Source of the DNA: the human T2T-CHM13v2.0 reference genome, Homo sapiens
NCBI RefSeq assembly: GCF_009914755.1
Contig: NC_060930.1
Direction: 5' to 3' (one strand)
DNA length: 64,000 bases
Position 1 is the stretch's first letter. Each line of letters begins with the position of its first letter. The position numbers and the translations under genes are program-made. The notes under the pieces are model-generated. The model was given only the letters and a program-made list of their open reading frames with translations. It had not been told where the DNA came from and made no database searches. Of the stretch, positions 16,726 through 31,123 are shown piece after piece.

Positions 16726-17832
16726 CCCATCCTGTGAGCTCTGCAAAGGAGAACAAGATCATGGCACACAGGCAATTAGCAAACTAAATTGAAGATGAGT
16801 TCTGTTAGAAGAGTCAAAAAACAAAGAGAACAATTTTTGTGAATTGCGTTTTTAAGATCACTGCATCCAAACACTGGAGCTTCAACATAAAGACTCCTGA
16901 GCCATGTATTCTGACTTGACCCCTGCAGTTCCTTCCAGTTCCAAAAATCTCTGATCTGTGAATAGAAAAGTTCCAGCAGATACGTTTCTAAGAGCATGAA
17001 ATTATTTCTAGATACTAGTCTAGTACCTACATGTATTAAAACACAAAAATAAACAAACAAAAAGACCTTCATGCTAATCAAAATATTTTTTAACAGAAAG
17101 GAAACCAAAACCTATTGGACCCAGCCCACAAGAACTGTGTTTTTTCCAATGCACATAGCAATAGAGTCATGTTTTGAAAACCAATTATGTAGGCTATAAC
17201 ACCCATTGTAGAAAGAATAGAATAGAATAGAACAGATCAGAATGCATCACAGTCTGCAGGGTTGTAAAGTAAAATTTCTTGCTTTACATCATGGGCCAAA
17301 GAAAACTTGCAAAGCTCTATCATGGAGAACAGCATCTGTCTTCAACCTTTGTATCTTCCACAGCCCAACACCAACAAGCTCCTCACCATCAAAACATCTA
17401 AATGGGCAAATAGAACTTTTGGTGGGTTTGAGTGGCACCAAGCATCAAGCTACATTAATACTCTTCTCAATCACTGTCATACAAATATGGAGAATTCGGT
17501 TATTTATCATCATTTTCTGCATATCCATACTATTCCAAGACAATCCCAATTTCTGGCTTTTTGTTCTACTCTTCCATAAGCATATTCATAGTGATAATGT
17601 TGTATGTCCTGAGTTTCAGTTTGGAAAATATAGTCCCTGGTTAAATCAATGGGCATCGGATAAAAACTTTAATGTCTAAAGGGGCTGGGTAGGTAGAATC
17701 AATGAGTGAAGCAAGCCAGGAATAACAAAGGATTAAAATGTGGATTTTACAGGAGATGTATACATTTTTTAAAAGTTAATAATAACATTAAAAAAGGAAA
17801 GTGACATTGTGCGGGAAGAAGAAATTAGGTCT

Positions 17833-18250
17833 TCTATGGACTGAATTTTATCCCTTCAAAATTCATATATTGAAGTCCTAGCTCCCAATGTGACTATATT
17901 TGGAGACAGGTCTTTAGGAGGTAGTTAAGGTTAAACGAGGGCATAAGGGTGGGGCCCTAATCCTGTATGACTGGTGGCCTTATGACCTTATTATGGAAGG
18001 AAGAGGTCTCTCTCTCTCTCCCTCTCTTTCTCTCTCTCTCTGTGTGAACGTGCACCAAAGAAAGGCATGTGACCATGTTGCAAGACGACAAATGTGTGCA
18101 AGCCAGAAAGACAGCCTTCACCAGGGAACCGAATTAGCCAGCACCTTGATTTTTGACTTCCCAGCCTCCAGAACTGTGAGAAATAGATTTCTGTTGTTTA
18201 AGCCACCCAGGCTACGATCTTTTGTTACAGCAGCCTGAGCAGACTAACGC
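17833..18250 (+). mobile_element. MLT1A-like MaLR solo LTR
   Basis: tatggactgaat...aaattcatatattgaagtccta...cagcctccagaactgtgagaaatagatttctgttgtttaagccacccag...gcagactaa. Confidence 0.85.
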
Positions 18251-19245
18251 GAAGGCTTAGGCCTGGATGTGCTCAGGGCCCTCCAGGGGGCAACTTCAGG
18301 TTGAATGAAGCCCTGCAGATTGAAGGAAGCACAAACTCATTGGGGTTAATATCTGATGTCATTTAAGTATCAGTCCTCATCAGGGCTCTGAAGTCCTGGG
18401 GCAACCTGTAACAGGATATTCATTCATTAAACAAATGTTTCAGGAGTACAAGATTGAAACTAGTTTGACTGTGAGTCAAGTGGGCCAAAGAACAGCTACT
18501 TGGAGAGCATAGAAAGAAAAGTGAGCAATTCCAGAAGAATGGGTGATCTCCAGAATTTCAGAATGAGCATCTAAGCACTCCCACACCCATGGGCCTGGGA
18601 AGAGATTGACATCAGCAGGGCAGGGACCATAGCATGGGCTTTCAATTTCACCTTCTCATCCTGCTCCAAGTCATTTTCTCTCCTGTTCTAGTACAATTCA
18701 AATATTATTTGATTTAAGCCTCATGGTTTTCAGAATTTCTTTCATTTTTTTCAATAATTATTTTTTAAGTACACATCTAGGTACATTGGTGAAGAAAACA
18801 AATGAAAATTCTTGTGTTCATGGCACTTTAGTTAGGTAGATAATAAAGTAAGTAGAAAATGTGAGATGGCAGAAGGCCATAATATGCATTGGTAGTATTG
18901 TTTGAGAATATTCAATTCTGCTAAAGAAGAAATCAACTGAAATAAGTGAAACTCATGTTTAAGTATAGGAAGATCAGTTAGCAGCATGAGAGACAGGTTA
19001 GAAAGATCAAGTGGGTCATACGTATACACACAGGAAGAGGAAGGAAGGGCAGCGCCAGGATACCTGAGATTCATAACACTGTAATATATGTGAGACACTC
19101 GATATTCATGAGTTCTTTATTTGGCTACTCATTTGTGAAATTTATTCTGACCTTGAGTGACCTTTGCCCCCAAAAACCAAATAGAATCTTGCTGCTCAGC
19201 AGGTTAATTGGCAAGCACCAGCCACGCCCATGTGCTGGAGCCTCA

Positions 19246-19713
<468 letters not shown>

Positions 19714-19889
19714 TCACCCCCACTTCTCCAGCAGGAATTTGAGTCAATTTAATAAACCATGTGATTCCATCACCTTCATTTGATCTGTGATCCCTTCTGG
19801 AAGAGTTTGCCTAGTTGTGGACTCAGAGGCTGCCATTGATTGCAATGAAAATAATTTTCCACTTGACAGTGATAAAAAAAAAAAAGTAT

Positions 19890-20580
19890 TACAGCCTCCA
19901 AAATAAAGCATGGAAGAGAGATAAGGAGTTTGGGAGATGGGTTTCCATTTTAAATACGATGCTCAGGGAAGGTCTGATTGAGAAGGTTCCATTTGAGCAA
20001 ACACTTGAAGGAGGTGCGGAAGAAAGATATGTAGCTATCTTGAGGAAGATCATTCCAGACATAGGGAACCACAAATGCAGAGGTTCTCAGCCATGAGTTT
20101 GCCTGGCCAGCTCCAGCAACAGGAAGGAGGCCAGTATGACCACGTGGAGTGAGCAGGGTGGCAGGAACTAAAGTTCGAAGTCACACGGGACCTGTCTTTC
20201 CAGGCTCTATAGGTCATTGGAATAACTTTGGGCTTTTACTCTAAGATGGTTTTCCACTGGACAGGAAAGTGGTCAAATTTATATTTTTATGTGATCAGTC
20301 TGGCTGCTGTATACCAGAAGGGAATAGAGAAAGATTGTGGAGGTCAATTATGAGACTACTGCAATGAGCCAGGCAAAGGTGACCATGACTCAGATCAAAA
20401 TGGTAGCAGTAAAGGTGGTAAGTAGTGATGAGACTCTGGTTATGTTCTGAAAGTGAAGCCACTGGGATTTGCTATTGGATTGGATGTGGGGGAGAAACAA
20501 AGGGAGGAGTCAATGATGCATCCAAGGATTTGGGCTTTAGCAGCTGGAAAGATGGAGATGCCACAAATGCAGGAGGGAGA
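19890..20580 (-). mobile_element. L2 LINE fragment
   Basis: Antisense L2 motifs: tcagggaaggtctgattgagaaggt...atttgagcaaacacttgaagga...gggcttttactct...agctggaaagatggagatgcca. Confidence 0.7.
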
Positions 20581-23500
20581 AATTTGGGAGAAGTTAGTAT
20601 CATTTTACAGAAGAAGGAACTGAAACTTAAATAACTTATCCAAACTCACATAGGAAATGAGTTATTCAAGTCAAGAATCAAGCCAAGCCAGGCCATTTCC
20701 AAGCTCATGCATGTGTTTTCTGTCTCTCAAGTCCGTGAGAAGAGTATCCAGGGAATAATGGGAGCTGAGTAGATGGAGCAGCTAATTCTGTCTGCCATGG
20801 GGTTCAAAGGTTTCACAGAAGAAAATGTGCAGCTTGGCCTTGAGGGGTCTGGACCAGGTCTGGGAGAAGGGCAGGTATTCCAGATAGAAAGGAACATGGA
20901 TAGGACTGAACAATCAATAGTGTAGGGAAAATTCAGAGGTTTGAAATGTCACTTTATAATTCTGTAAAGCTGTCTTATTCATGTGAACATAGGGTCATAC
21001 TGCAGCAATATTTCAATATGTATTCAGTGAGTAGCTAACTCTATTATTGCTAGATGTGGGAATACAATGTTTTCACTGTGCATTTATTATTATGCATATA
21101 AGCATGCGCAAAGATGGGGTCTGCATTGCCCCTCTGTTGAGAAGGAGGCACTGCCAGGTGCTGCGGACATTGCACCAGAGTGATGCAATGAGGCTGGTAC
21201 AGGGACAGTAGAAAGAAGCTGGAAGATGGAATGGGCAAAGGCTTCTGCCTGGTGAAGAGCCGCTGGCACTGCCACGCACAAGAAGCAAATAGAGAGGATG
21301 AAATCCCTTCTCCCTCCTTCTGCCTTCCAGTCTCTCCTCACGGTCCTTTGGGGCAGAACCCAACTGGGAGCTGACATGGAGATAATAGGGATATCAGAGT
21401 CCAGCCCAGCATCAGAAAATTGAGTATTAACAGCTTAGTCTGGAGCTGACAGACACTAGGGTATCAACCACTAAAGCAGTAAAATAGGCATAATAATACC
21501 TGCCTTAAAGCCAGATTAGATTTTATGTGTAAAAATACAAAGCGCTTTGTATTGAAAACAACATTATTGACAAAGGCTATGGAAGGTTTATTGGGCTGGT
21601 TGTAGAGGATCAAACTGATGTATAGGATGTGGACAGTCTGCTTTTTAGCCACTAACTTGTACATACGTAAGCAAATAAGATAAAATTGACTTTAACCTTG
21701 AACTTCCATTTTGGAAAAGTGTCAAACTGCTTTGTTATAGATGCTTGTAAACAGGGTGAAAGATGTCCAATGTCCTGATTCTGATGACTATGCTTGTGAG
21801 AGCCCCTCCCCCCGACATGTAGGGCAATTTTCTGATTCTGGAAAAATCTCATGTCCTGGCTCTGGGAAAGGAGCTATCTCAGACTTGCTTCTGCTCAACA
21901 GGGAGCCTGAAAGAAGCTGGATTATTGGATGAGGTTGCACATGTATTGCTGGAACACGCCTATTGGGAAAAACCACTTTGTGTGGTGTTTGTTGTTTATG
22001 GTAGACACTGATATTTATATTTGACTTTTTTTCCGAGTAATTTTGCCACATAGCTTCTCAAACACATTATATTTCCATTTCTATTGGTTCGGGTCACAGA
22101 AACAAATCCTGTATTAACATGTAGTTGATCCCCAAAACTTTGCCTCTGAATTATGACATTTATCTTTAAGAATTGTTACTTTTGTTTTCCAAAGGGACCT
22201 TCACTTTGTATTTCATGAGATTCCATGTGTTACAGATTATATTGATTTACTAATTCTACAAATAATAATTGAGGGCTTACCATGTGCCTGATCCAACGCT
22301 AAGGGATCAACCAGAAAGTGATTGTCCTTGCCTTCATGGAGGTTATAATCTATTGAGAAAGAGATTATATATAAACACAAGAGATAGATATATAAACACA
22401 CAAACACAAAGGCTCTCTATGAGGAAGGACTCTGTGAACTGGGATGAAGAGCATAGGAACTGAATTTAGCATATAAGTTTAGAGAGATCTCCTAAAAAAA
22501 AAATATTGGAATTGCAACCTATAGGACATGTCAAGCCCTTGATGGGTAAGTGGGTGTCTTGGCAGAATTGAAGGTAGAGGAGAAGACTACAAAGTGGTCA
22601 GTCAGTATGGCTGAGATGCAGTGAAAGGCCTCGGTGAGGCTAGAGAACAGCCAGACCCTCCCTGCATGCATTTTATTCTAAGGTCAACAGGAAGCCTTGG
22701 GGGACTTAAAAAATGGAGGGACATATTCCACTTTGACTTTTGTGTGGAGAATGGATGATGGTGCAGAAGTGGATGGAGGAGTTTAAGAGGATGCTGCAGT
22801 GGTCCAAACAGTGTCACCCTGTGTCTGTCTCCAGGGGTGGACATTCACATAGAGAGAGAAATTATCATGGCTTAGACTGGGGGAAGAGTGGTAAAGATAC
22901 ATTGAATTAGATTTGACCTCTATTTTGGAAATCTGATCTGCAAGACTTGGTTATTGATTGCATTCAAAGGAGGATATTCCTGGGTTCCTTGCTTGAGCAA
23001 TTGGATGGATGGATAAAAGAGTTTCTGGATGAAAGGACTTGTGACAAGAGAAAAATGAAGGAAAAAGAGCCAAAAAGGATGTCAGGAATGAACGGCTTTC
23101 TACAACCAATCAATATATGTGCACACAATTAAAAGAAATGCACTCCTATATAAAAAGGACTCATACACAATAATTGTTGGTAACAGACCGACTCGTGGAA
23201 GACAGTATATATCCTTTTATTAAAAACTGAAATTTCTGTAGCAACAACTTAAAGTAGGGCCACTAGTTTTTCTCTACAAACTTATCTTGGTGAATTCACT
23301 ACCATTTAAAATAGTTAATGCCTCTTGGCTTTAGAAATGGGAAAAAATCTCTAGGAACAATTATTTAATACATAATTTCAAGGCATATAAAAGGTAATCC
23401 TTTGGTGTCAATTTGCTCAACACAAAGTCATAGTTATTTACATCTTGGAGAATAAAGAGCCTTTGTTAGAGATGATCTGTGATTTTTGAAGATCATATTG

Positions 23501-25337
23501 ATTCAGAAAATGGCAGAGTCAATATTGGAATCCAGGGGAAAATAAGAGTTGAAATTCTTGAATGAATCAGGACAGATGATCAGAATTACCTGGAGACAAA
23601 ACTATCCACTTTCAGTTTTCAATAATCCCACCTGGCTGTCTATGCTCCCCAGAGTCATTGAAATACTGTTCCATGCTTTAATTTAATTGTTTGGATATGG
23701 TCATAAGCTTTGTAATAAACTCTCTAATTTAAATAGATCAATAAGATCATAATTACAGGTACTCCTTTAACAGTCTTTACTGTAGACCATGAAATGACAG
23801 AGAAAAACTTTCTATGATAACTAACTGCCAAAACAAAACTAAAACCTTCTAATTTGATTTCAAAGATATTTCCCAGTGTTAATCATGATAGACCAAACCA
23901 TTAACTCATAATGGGATAAGGCTTTAAACATAGAAACTGTCACTCACTGAACCTGACCATAGAATAAGTGGCTTCTAACATTTTATTTTTAACATATCTC
24001 GGCTTAACATAGGTTATTTGTCACATGAAAATCCCAGCTGATGATGCCTGCAGATGAAAATAGGGTGATGAGAGTTTGGCCTTTGACATAGCAAAGCTCT
24101 GTTTATGGAGACACTGCTTAATGGTTCAGAGCGCAGACTCAGGGCTTAACTATCTGGATTTGAATTCCAACTGTCCCCTCTTACCACCACCAAATTTCTA
24201 CCAGTATGATCTTCACTAAGTTGACATCAACAGTCTGCACTTTGGTTTCTTCATCAGTGAAGATAATAATCTACCCAACCCTAGGGTTTTGTATGGTTTA
24301 AGTGAGACAATGTGTCTAGAGGGTTTATGACGTGCTCTCTCCATGTAAGTACTAACACTCTGGGTGACTGTGTAAGAGGTGGTGTTTGTTTGGGTTTTAG
24401 CTCTTCATAAACCAACCACAGGAAGATGTGGTGACTTGATACGAGCAAATGCTTGTGCGGAATACTTTTTCAAACCATTCCTTGGGTGTATTAGAACCTA
24501 ACCATAAACAATATGAAAAGCCCCACCTTTCAAAAAATTTGATGTTATTTGGATCCTTTTGACTGTACTATTTTTAACTTAGCTGATGAATGATATTCAC
24601 ATTCGAGATGCTTATCCCATTTAGGTATTATTTGAAGAGCTTGGAAAAGCAGTAAATGATGGCTTATATTTTAAGAATTAATTTTGTATTTATCATGACA
24701 GTCATATGCAGAGCCCTTGGCAAGCCTTATGGAAGAGATGCAAAAATCTTAAAATATGATTGCTTAGGCCAAAGTAGCTTATAGTCTTATCGGAGAGGTG
24801 AACATATATTCAGAAGATAAATTGAACCAAGCTGGGGGATGGCAGTGTTAAGTATAACTAAAATTAAAGTTCTCCAGTCTCAAATGCCAAATTACAATGC
24901 TGGAGTTACAGCCTTCCAATTACTTTTAAGCCCCATGGATATGCCAGAAACAGAGACTCCTCCTGGGGCCTGAGGCAGTAGGTATGGACAGGAGAGCAGG
25001 TCTTATAGAAGAGGCGAGGCTGCTTTTGAATTCCATCCAATGGTGTGGCAGTGGTGGGGTCTACCTATTTGGCTGGCCTTGGAAAGTAGGATAAATATCA
25101 GGGATATTTCTTTAGTACATTCTGATTTTTAGGAGCTTATTATTTCATCAAAGAGATGAGTTGTATGCCTCCCAAAACTGATCATTTCATTCCCCACGTA
25201 AAGCCCTTTAATGTCTTTCAGGACAAAACCACAGTCCTTAGCAAAGCATATAAGATCTTGAAGACTTGTTCCTGCCAGCAATGGTTAGGGGTGCTTTCAT
25301 CTGCAAGTAATAAGACATTCAATCAACAGTGGCTCCA

Positions 25338-25505
25338 ATCAGTGCTTCTTAAGCTCTAGTAAACCTTCCAATCACCAGGGCTTCTTATTAAAATGCACAT
25401 TCTGATTTAGGAGGTTGGAGTGGGGGCCTGAGATTCTGCATTTCTAACAAGCTCCCAGGTGATGCTGATTCTGCTGGTCTAAGGCAAACTTGTGAATAGC
25501 AAGAG
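25338..25505. mobile_element. MER5A DNA transposon remnant
   Basis: cagtgcttcttaag...ggggcctgagattctgcatttctaacaagctcccaggtgatgctgat. Confidence 0.8.
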
Positions 25506-25621
25506 CTTAAAAAGACCTTTAAAAGATGGAGTTTTCTGCCTCTCACATAACAAGAAATCCGAAAGTTGTTCTACACTTGATTCAGAAGATCAACAATGTC
25601 ATTGCTCTGGGATTGGCAGAT

Positions 25622-25840
25622 CAGGGAGTAGCAAATTATGCCCCAAAGGCCAAATCTAGTCCAACAATTGCTTTTGTAAATAAAGTTTTATTGGAACACA
25701 GCTCTGCTCCCTTGTTTATGTATTGCCTATGGCTACTTTCGCACTAAAATGTTGGAGCTGTGACAGAGACCATATCACCCACAAAGCCCAAAATGTTTAC
25801 CTTCACCTGGCCCTTTATGAAAATAGTTTGCTGACCCCCA
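25622..25840 (+). mobile_element. MER58A DNA transposon remnant
   Basis: cagggagtagcaaattatg...ttttgtaaataaagttttattggaacacagc...agtttgctgacccc. Confidence 0.8.
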
Positions 25841-26302
25841 GCTTAGACATCATTATTTGCCTCTGATCTGGGCACCTCTCCTCTCTAAACTCAGTGAGGA
25901 CTCTGTTAACAAGGAAGAGAGGGAGGAGGGAGCCATGTCTGCAACGTGACTCCTCTCACTCACATCCTGCCATCCTTTGGTGTAGACTCACCTTGCAGCC
26001 ATGGCAACCACGGGCAGTTCCCCAAAGGCATCATGCTTCACTGTGGCTTCAGAAAATGCCATGTGGGTTTTGAGGACAATGAGATCAGAATGTTTGCCTT
26101 AAACAATATAAAGGCTGAGACGCTGGGCAGGTAACTATGGGGACGAAACAGAGGGTGGCCTCAGGTTCCAAGCTAAAGCATTTGGACTTAAAAGTCATGG
26201 GGGTGGGCAGTGGCAGCCTTGGGGATTTGAAAAGCATAGGGTCAGTTTAGTGTTTTATGCATGTAATTCTGAGAATACTGGGCAGATAGCCTATTTATTA
26301 GT

Positions 26303-26657
26303 CTGTTATGACTGACATGAAATACCACAGACCAGGTGGCTACAACCACAGAAATTTAATTTATCATAGTTCTGGAGGCTAGAAGTTCAGATCAAGATGC
26401 TGGAAAATTCATCCTAGCAAGGCCCTCTTGCTGACTTGTAGATGGCCGCCTTTTCTCTGTGTATGAGCAGAGAGAAAGAGTAGTGTCTCATCCTCTTCCT
26501 ATAAGGACACCAGTCCTATCAAATTAGGGCCCCATCCTTATAATCTCATGGAACCACAATTACCTCCAAAAATGCTCGGTCTCCTAACACAGTCACATGG
26601 GGTTAGGGCTTAAACATCTGAATCTGGGGTGTGTGGGGACATAATTCAGTTCATAAC
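26303..26657 (-). mobile_element. MLT1-type MaLR LTR
   Basis: aaataccacagaccaggtggct...atagttctggaggctagaagt...tataaggacaccagtcctatcaaattagggccc...ataattcagttcataaca. Confidence 0.8.
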
Positions 26658-27351
26658 AGCTGCTGGAGGGAAAAATGTATGCAAGGAGACAAGTTGGACC
26701 TACACATGAAGTATTAGAGACTGAGAATACAAGCCCTGATCTAGAAAATTGGGCTCTAAGAATGGAAAGGAAGGAATGGGTGACAAGACAGAGACTGTTA
26801 AAAAAAAAATCAGTAGGTCTTGGTAACTAAATGAATTCAAACAAAGAGTGATTGTGTCTGACAGCTGTGTTTAAAGCCTAGTGAGTAGGGAATGGAGTCA
26901 CAATTAACAGAAAAATGAAGACGTGGGAAACAAGAAAGTCTTTGGGCAAATGTAGTGGTTTGGGATCTATTTAGTCTGAGGTGAGGTTATCCAGGTGTAT
27001 TTGGAGGACTATAAATTCTTCCCTGAAGTAAATACTACCTAACACACCTTTTATCAGGAAGTTATGAATATTGAATTTTTTTCAAAAGTCATTGCACCCT
27101 TCCCTTGAGACCCATGTAATTACATGTAAGAATGAATGTCAGGTTCTTCATTACCTATCCCCATCCCTACATACTAGGATTTTAGCCAACTTCTCTTATT
27201 CTGATGAGTGGGGATGAATTTATCACCATGACATGTTACACATAGGATACTCTAAAGAAATAGTTAGTGGAGATTCATTCACACATGCATTCAAGCAATA
27301 AATATATAGTAAATATATAGTTCTGGGCACTAGGGATTTTTTTTTTTTTTT

Positions 27352-27676
27352 GCAATTGCAAGATTTAATAGAGTAAAAACAGAGCTCCCATACAAAGGGA
27401 GGGGACCCAAAGGGGACAGCCATTGCCGGCTCCGATGCCTGGGTTTATATCCCGATCATTGTCCCTCCCCCTGTGCTCTCAGGCAATAGATGATTGGCTA
27501 TTTCTTTACTTCCTGTTTTTGCCTAGTTAGCATTTTAGTGAGCTCTCTTTACTACCTGATTGGTTGTGTGTAAGCTAAGTTGCAAGCCTCGTGTTTAAAG
27601 GTGGATGTGGTCAACTTCCCAGCTAGGCTTAGGGATTCTTAGTTGGCCTAGGAAATCCAGCTAGTCCTGTCTCTTA
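27352..27676 (-). promoter_or_regulatory. LTR17 U3-R portion (3' LTR truncated at the polyadenylation site)
   Basis: Minus strand reads TAAGAGACAGGACTAGCTGGATTTCCTAGGCC... as in the HERV-W LTR, with CCAAT boxes, GATATAAA TATA-like box (~27444-27451), ATTAAA (27364-27369) and PPT at 27677-27690. Confidence 0.92.
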
Positions 27677-27734
27677 GTAGCCCCTCTCAACAGGAAAACC
27701 CAAGTGCTCTTGCGGAGGTTGGCTGACGACAGCT

Positions 27735-27968
27735 CTAACTGCTTCCTGCTGAATTGGGGCATAGTAAGGGTCGTGCAGTTGAAATTTCCTTGGGAGGGGT
27801 GCCTTCGATGTCATCAACTTCGGAGCATGGGCTAGCAGGCCGGTCCAGGGGTCCATGGTAGATCTTAGTCATGGACTGCATCTGGGGCTCCATTTGAAGA
27901 ATGATTTGTAGTTTTACAGCTTTGATTCTGGAAGAGACAAACTTAACAAAGGGGTTAAAGACACAGGG
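27735..27968 (-). pseudogene. HERV-W env C-terminal remnant (end of TM plus cytoplasmic tail)
   Basis: Translates PCVFNPFVKFVSSRIKAVKLQIILQMEPQMQSMTKIYHGPLDRPASPCSEVDDIEGTPPKEISTARPLLCPNSAGSS*, homologous to the syncytin-1 tail. Confidence 0.92.
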
Positions 27969-27991
27969 ATTGAAATGTATGGCCTGCAGTG

Positions 27992-30560
27992 CAGGGGATT
28001 ATTTCTTTGGCAGTTTTGAAAAATTATTTCTTTGGCAGATTATTTCTTTTCTTGACAGTTTTGAAAAGGCCTGGTCCAGTAAATAATAATTTGGCCATCT
28101 GATGGGTGCTATCAATGCCTAAGTGAAAGGTTTGGTGAAGGGTTTTAAGTAATTTCCATTGGTTAGCTGCAAGTAAAATATTTTTCCTTCTTCAGTGGTT
28201 AGCCATCCTGAGGAGAGGAAACTATGTCCTCGTGAGGTTCCGCATTCTATTTCTTTTTCTGAGTACTGGGGCTTGGTTTCCCAGGGGGGATTACTCCATA
28301 CTAGGGGTCATTCTATAAGCATTTCTAATGGAGGGTCCTGCCTTGTGGCTCTTTTGGTTTCAATATCCACTTGGCGGTTCACTTCTATTTCCCTTTCCTT
28401 TCCTTTCTGATGCCCCCAGCAGTGTAAGACTGCCACCTCTTTAGGTTTCTGTACAGCCAATAATAATCTCCTAATGGCTTCCTGATGTTTGATAGGTGTT
28501 CTCTTGGAAGTTAGGAATTTCCTTTCTCTCCATATTGCTGCGTGGGCATGGAGGACTAGGTAAGCATACTTAGAGTCTATATATATATTTACCCTTTTTC
28601 CTTCTCCTAATTCTAGTGCCCGAGTGAGGGCTATTAGTTCTGCCAGCTGAGCACTAGCTCCTGGAGTGAGGGGATTACTTTCAAGTACTCCATTATCACT
28701 GAGCACTGCATACCCCGCTTTTTGAAGTCCTTTTTCTACAAAGGAACTTCCATCAGTATACAAGTTGAGGTCAGAATCAGTCAAGGGAACCTCTAGAAGG
28801 TCATTTTGAGAAGTGTAGGTTTGAGCAATCACCTATTGACAGTTATGTTCTATCTTTTCTTCATTGTCTGGAAGAAATGTGGCTGGGTTAAGAGTTGCAC
28901 AAGTGTGCAGTCACAGCACTGGCCCTTCAATTAATAGAGCCTGATATTTAAGCGAACGGTTGTCTGACAGCCACAAGTCTCCTTTAGCAGTGAGTATGCC
29001 GTTCACATCATGAGATGTCCACACAGTAAGATCTCTTCCCTGTATCGTTTTAACTACTTCAGAAACTAAGACTGCTACTGCTGCCACTACCCGTAAACAA
29101 TGAGGCCAACATTTTGCCACTACATCAATTTCCTTACTCAGGTATGCCACGGGTTGCAAGCTGGTCCCTTGGACCTGTGTAAGGACTCTTAGAGCTATTC
29201 CTGTTTTTTCTGTGACATATAAAGAAAAGTCTTGCCCCGTTGGCAAACTTAACACTGGGGCTTGGGTTAGGGCCTTTGTCAGGGCCTGGAAAGCTGCTTT
29301 TGCTTCAGGTATCCATCTTACTAAATGGGTATTGGCTTTCTGAGTTTCCTTAATTAGTGTATATAATGGCCTGGCTATTTTGCCGTACCTGGGAATCCAT
29401 ATTTGGCAGAAGCCTGTTATGCCAAGGAACCCTCGTAATTGCTTTTAGGGTTTTGGAATGAGGATAAGCCAGTATAGTCTGGATACATTCCTCACTGAGG
29501 GCCCTGGTGCCTTTGGATAATTTTAGCCATAAGTATTTAACCTGCTGTAAGCAGAGCTGAGCCTTTGGTTTGGAAACCTTATAGCCACAAGTGGCAAGGA
29601 AGTTTAAAAGCGCTTGGGTGGCTTGATGGCACAAGATTTCTGAACGGGCAGCTAGAAGTAAATTATCCACGTACTGAAGGACAAGAGTGTCCAGGTATGA
29701 GAATTGGCTCAAGTCTTGGGCTAATGCCTGGCCAAATAGATGGGGGCTATCCTTGAACCCTTGGGGTAAAACAGTCCAGGTGAGTTGAGACATTGGATTT
29801 GAAGGATCTTCAAAGGCAAACAAGAACTGAGAGTCAGGATGCACAGCGATGCAGAAAAAGGCAGCCTTAAAGTCCAGGACTGTAAACCACTCTATTTCCT
29901 CTGGTATTTGGGAAAGCAGAGTATAAGGGTTAGGTACAGCTGGGTATGGAGTGACAACGGCCTCACTGATAATCCTGAGATCTTGCACTAACCTCCACTG
30001 TCTGATGGGTTTCTGTACTCCTAAATTTGGAGTATTGCAGGGGCTATTGCATGCTTTTACTAGGCCTTGGGCTTTTAGGTCCTTAAAAATCTTTTGGAGT
30101 CATTGTTGGGGCTCGGGTCTAAGGGGGTACTGCTTTTGTTAGGGAAAGGAGGCGGAATCCTTTAGTTTAACTTGAACAGGATGGGCATTCTTTGCTCGTC
30201 CATATTGTCCTTCTGTTGCCCAGACTTCAGGATTAATTCCTTCCTCAAGCAGGGGACAGCAAATGTGTGTTCCTTCTCCTATGTTCAGGGGTATAATGGC
30301 CCCTGCTTTTGCTAGAATGTCTCTCCCTAACAAGGGAGTGGGGCTTTCAGGCATAATTAGAAAAGCATGTGAAAAGAGTAAAGTTCCCCAGTCACAACTT
30401 AGTGGCTGGGAGAAGTATCTAGTGACTGCCTGTCCTAGGACCCCTCAGATAGTGACAGATCTGGAGGACAGTTGTCTGGGATAGGAGAGTAAGACTGAGA
30501 AGGCTGTGCCAGCGTCCAGGAGACAGTTAACCTCCTGGCCCTCAATGGTCAAGCATATCT
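27992..30560 (-). pseudogene. HERV-W pro-pol remnants (protease, RT, RNase H, start of integrase), with stops and frameshifts
   Basis: Protease LLDAG (DTG altered) near 30505-30525; RT ORF 29350-29988 with LPQGFKDSP and YVDN in place of YVDD; RNase H ORF 28308-28832 with LYTDGSSF and AQLAELIAL. Confidence 0.93.
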
Positions 30561-30605
30561 GGGACACTGTGAGGGTGATGGGCTGGCGTTTGCCCCGGGG
30601 AACCC

Positions 30606-31123
<518 letters not shown>

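Noticed and set aside
17242-17679. 145-aa ORF, plus other unique-sequence ORFs at 3187-3606, 33569-34009, 44850-45251, 56992-57429, 60526-60921 and 61947-62411
   Set aside because: No recognisable domain or convincing splice structure; lengths are compatible with chance in 64 kb.
28308-29988. RT and RNase H ORFs as an active or novel reverse-transcriptase system
   Set aside because: Fragmented HERV-W pol with YVDN instead of YVDD, an altered protease motif and a deleted integrase.
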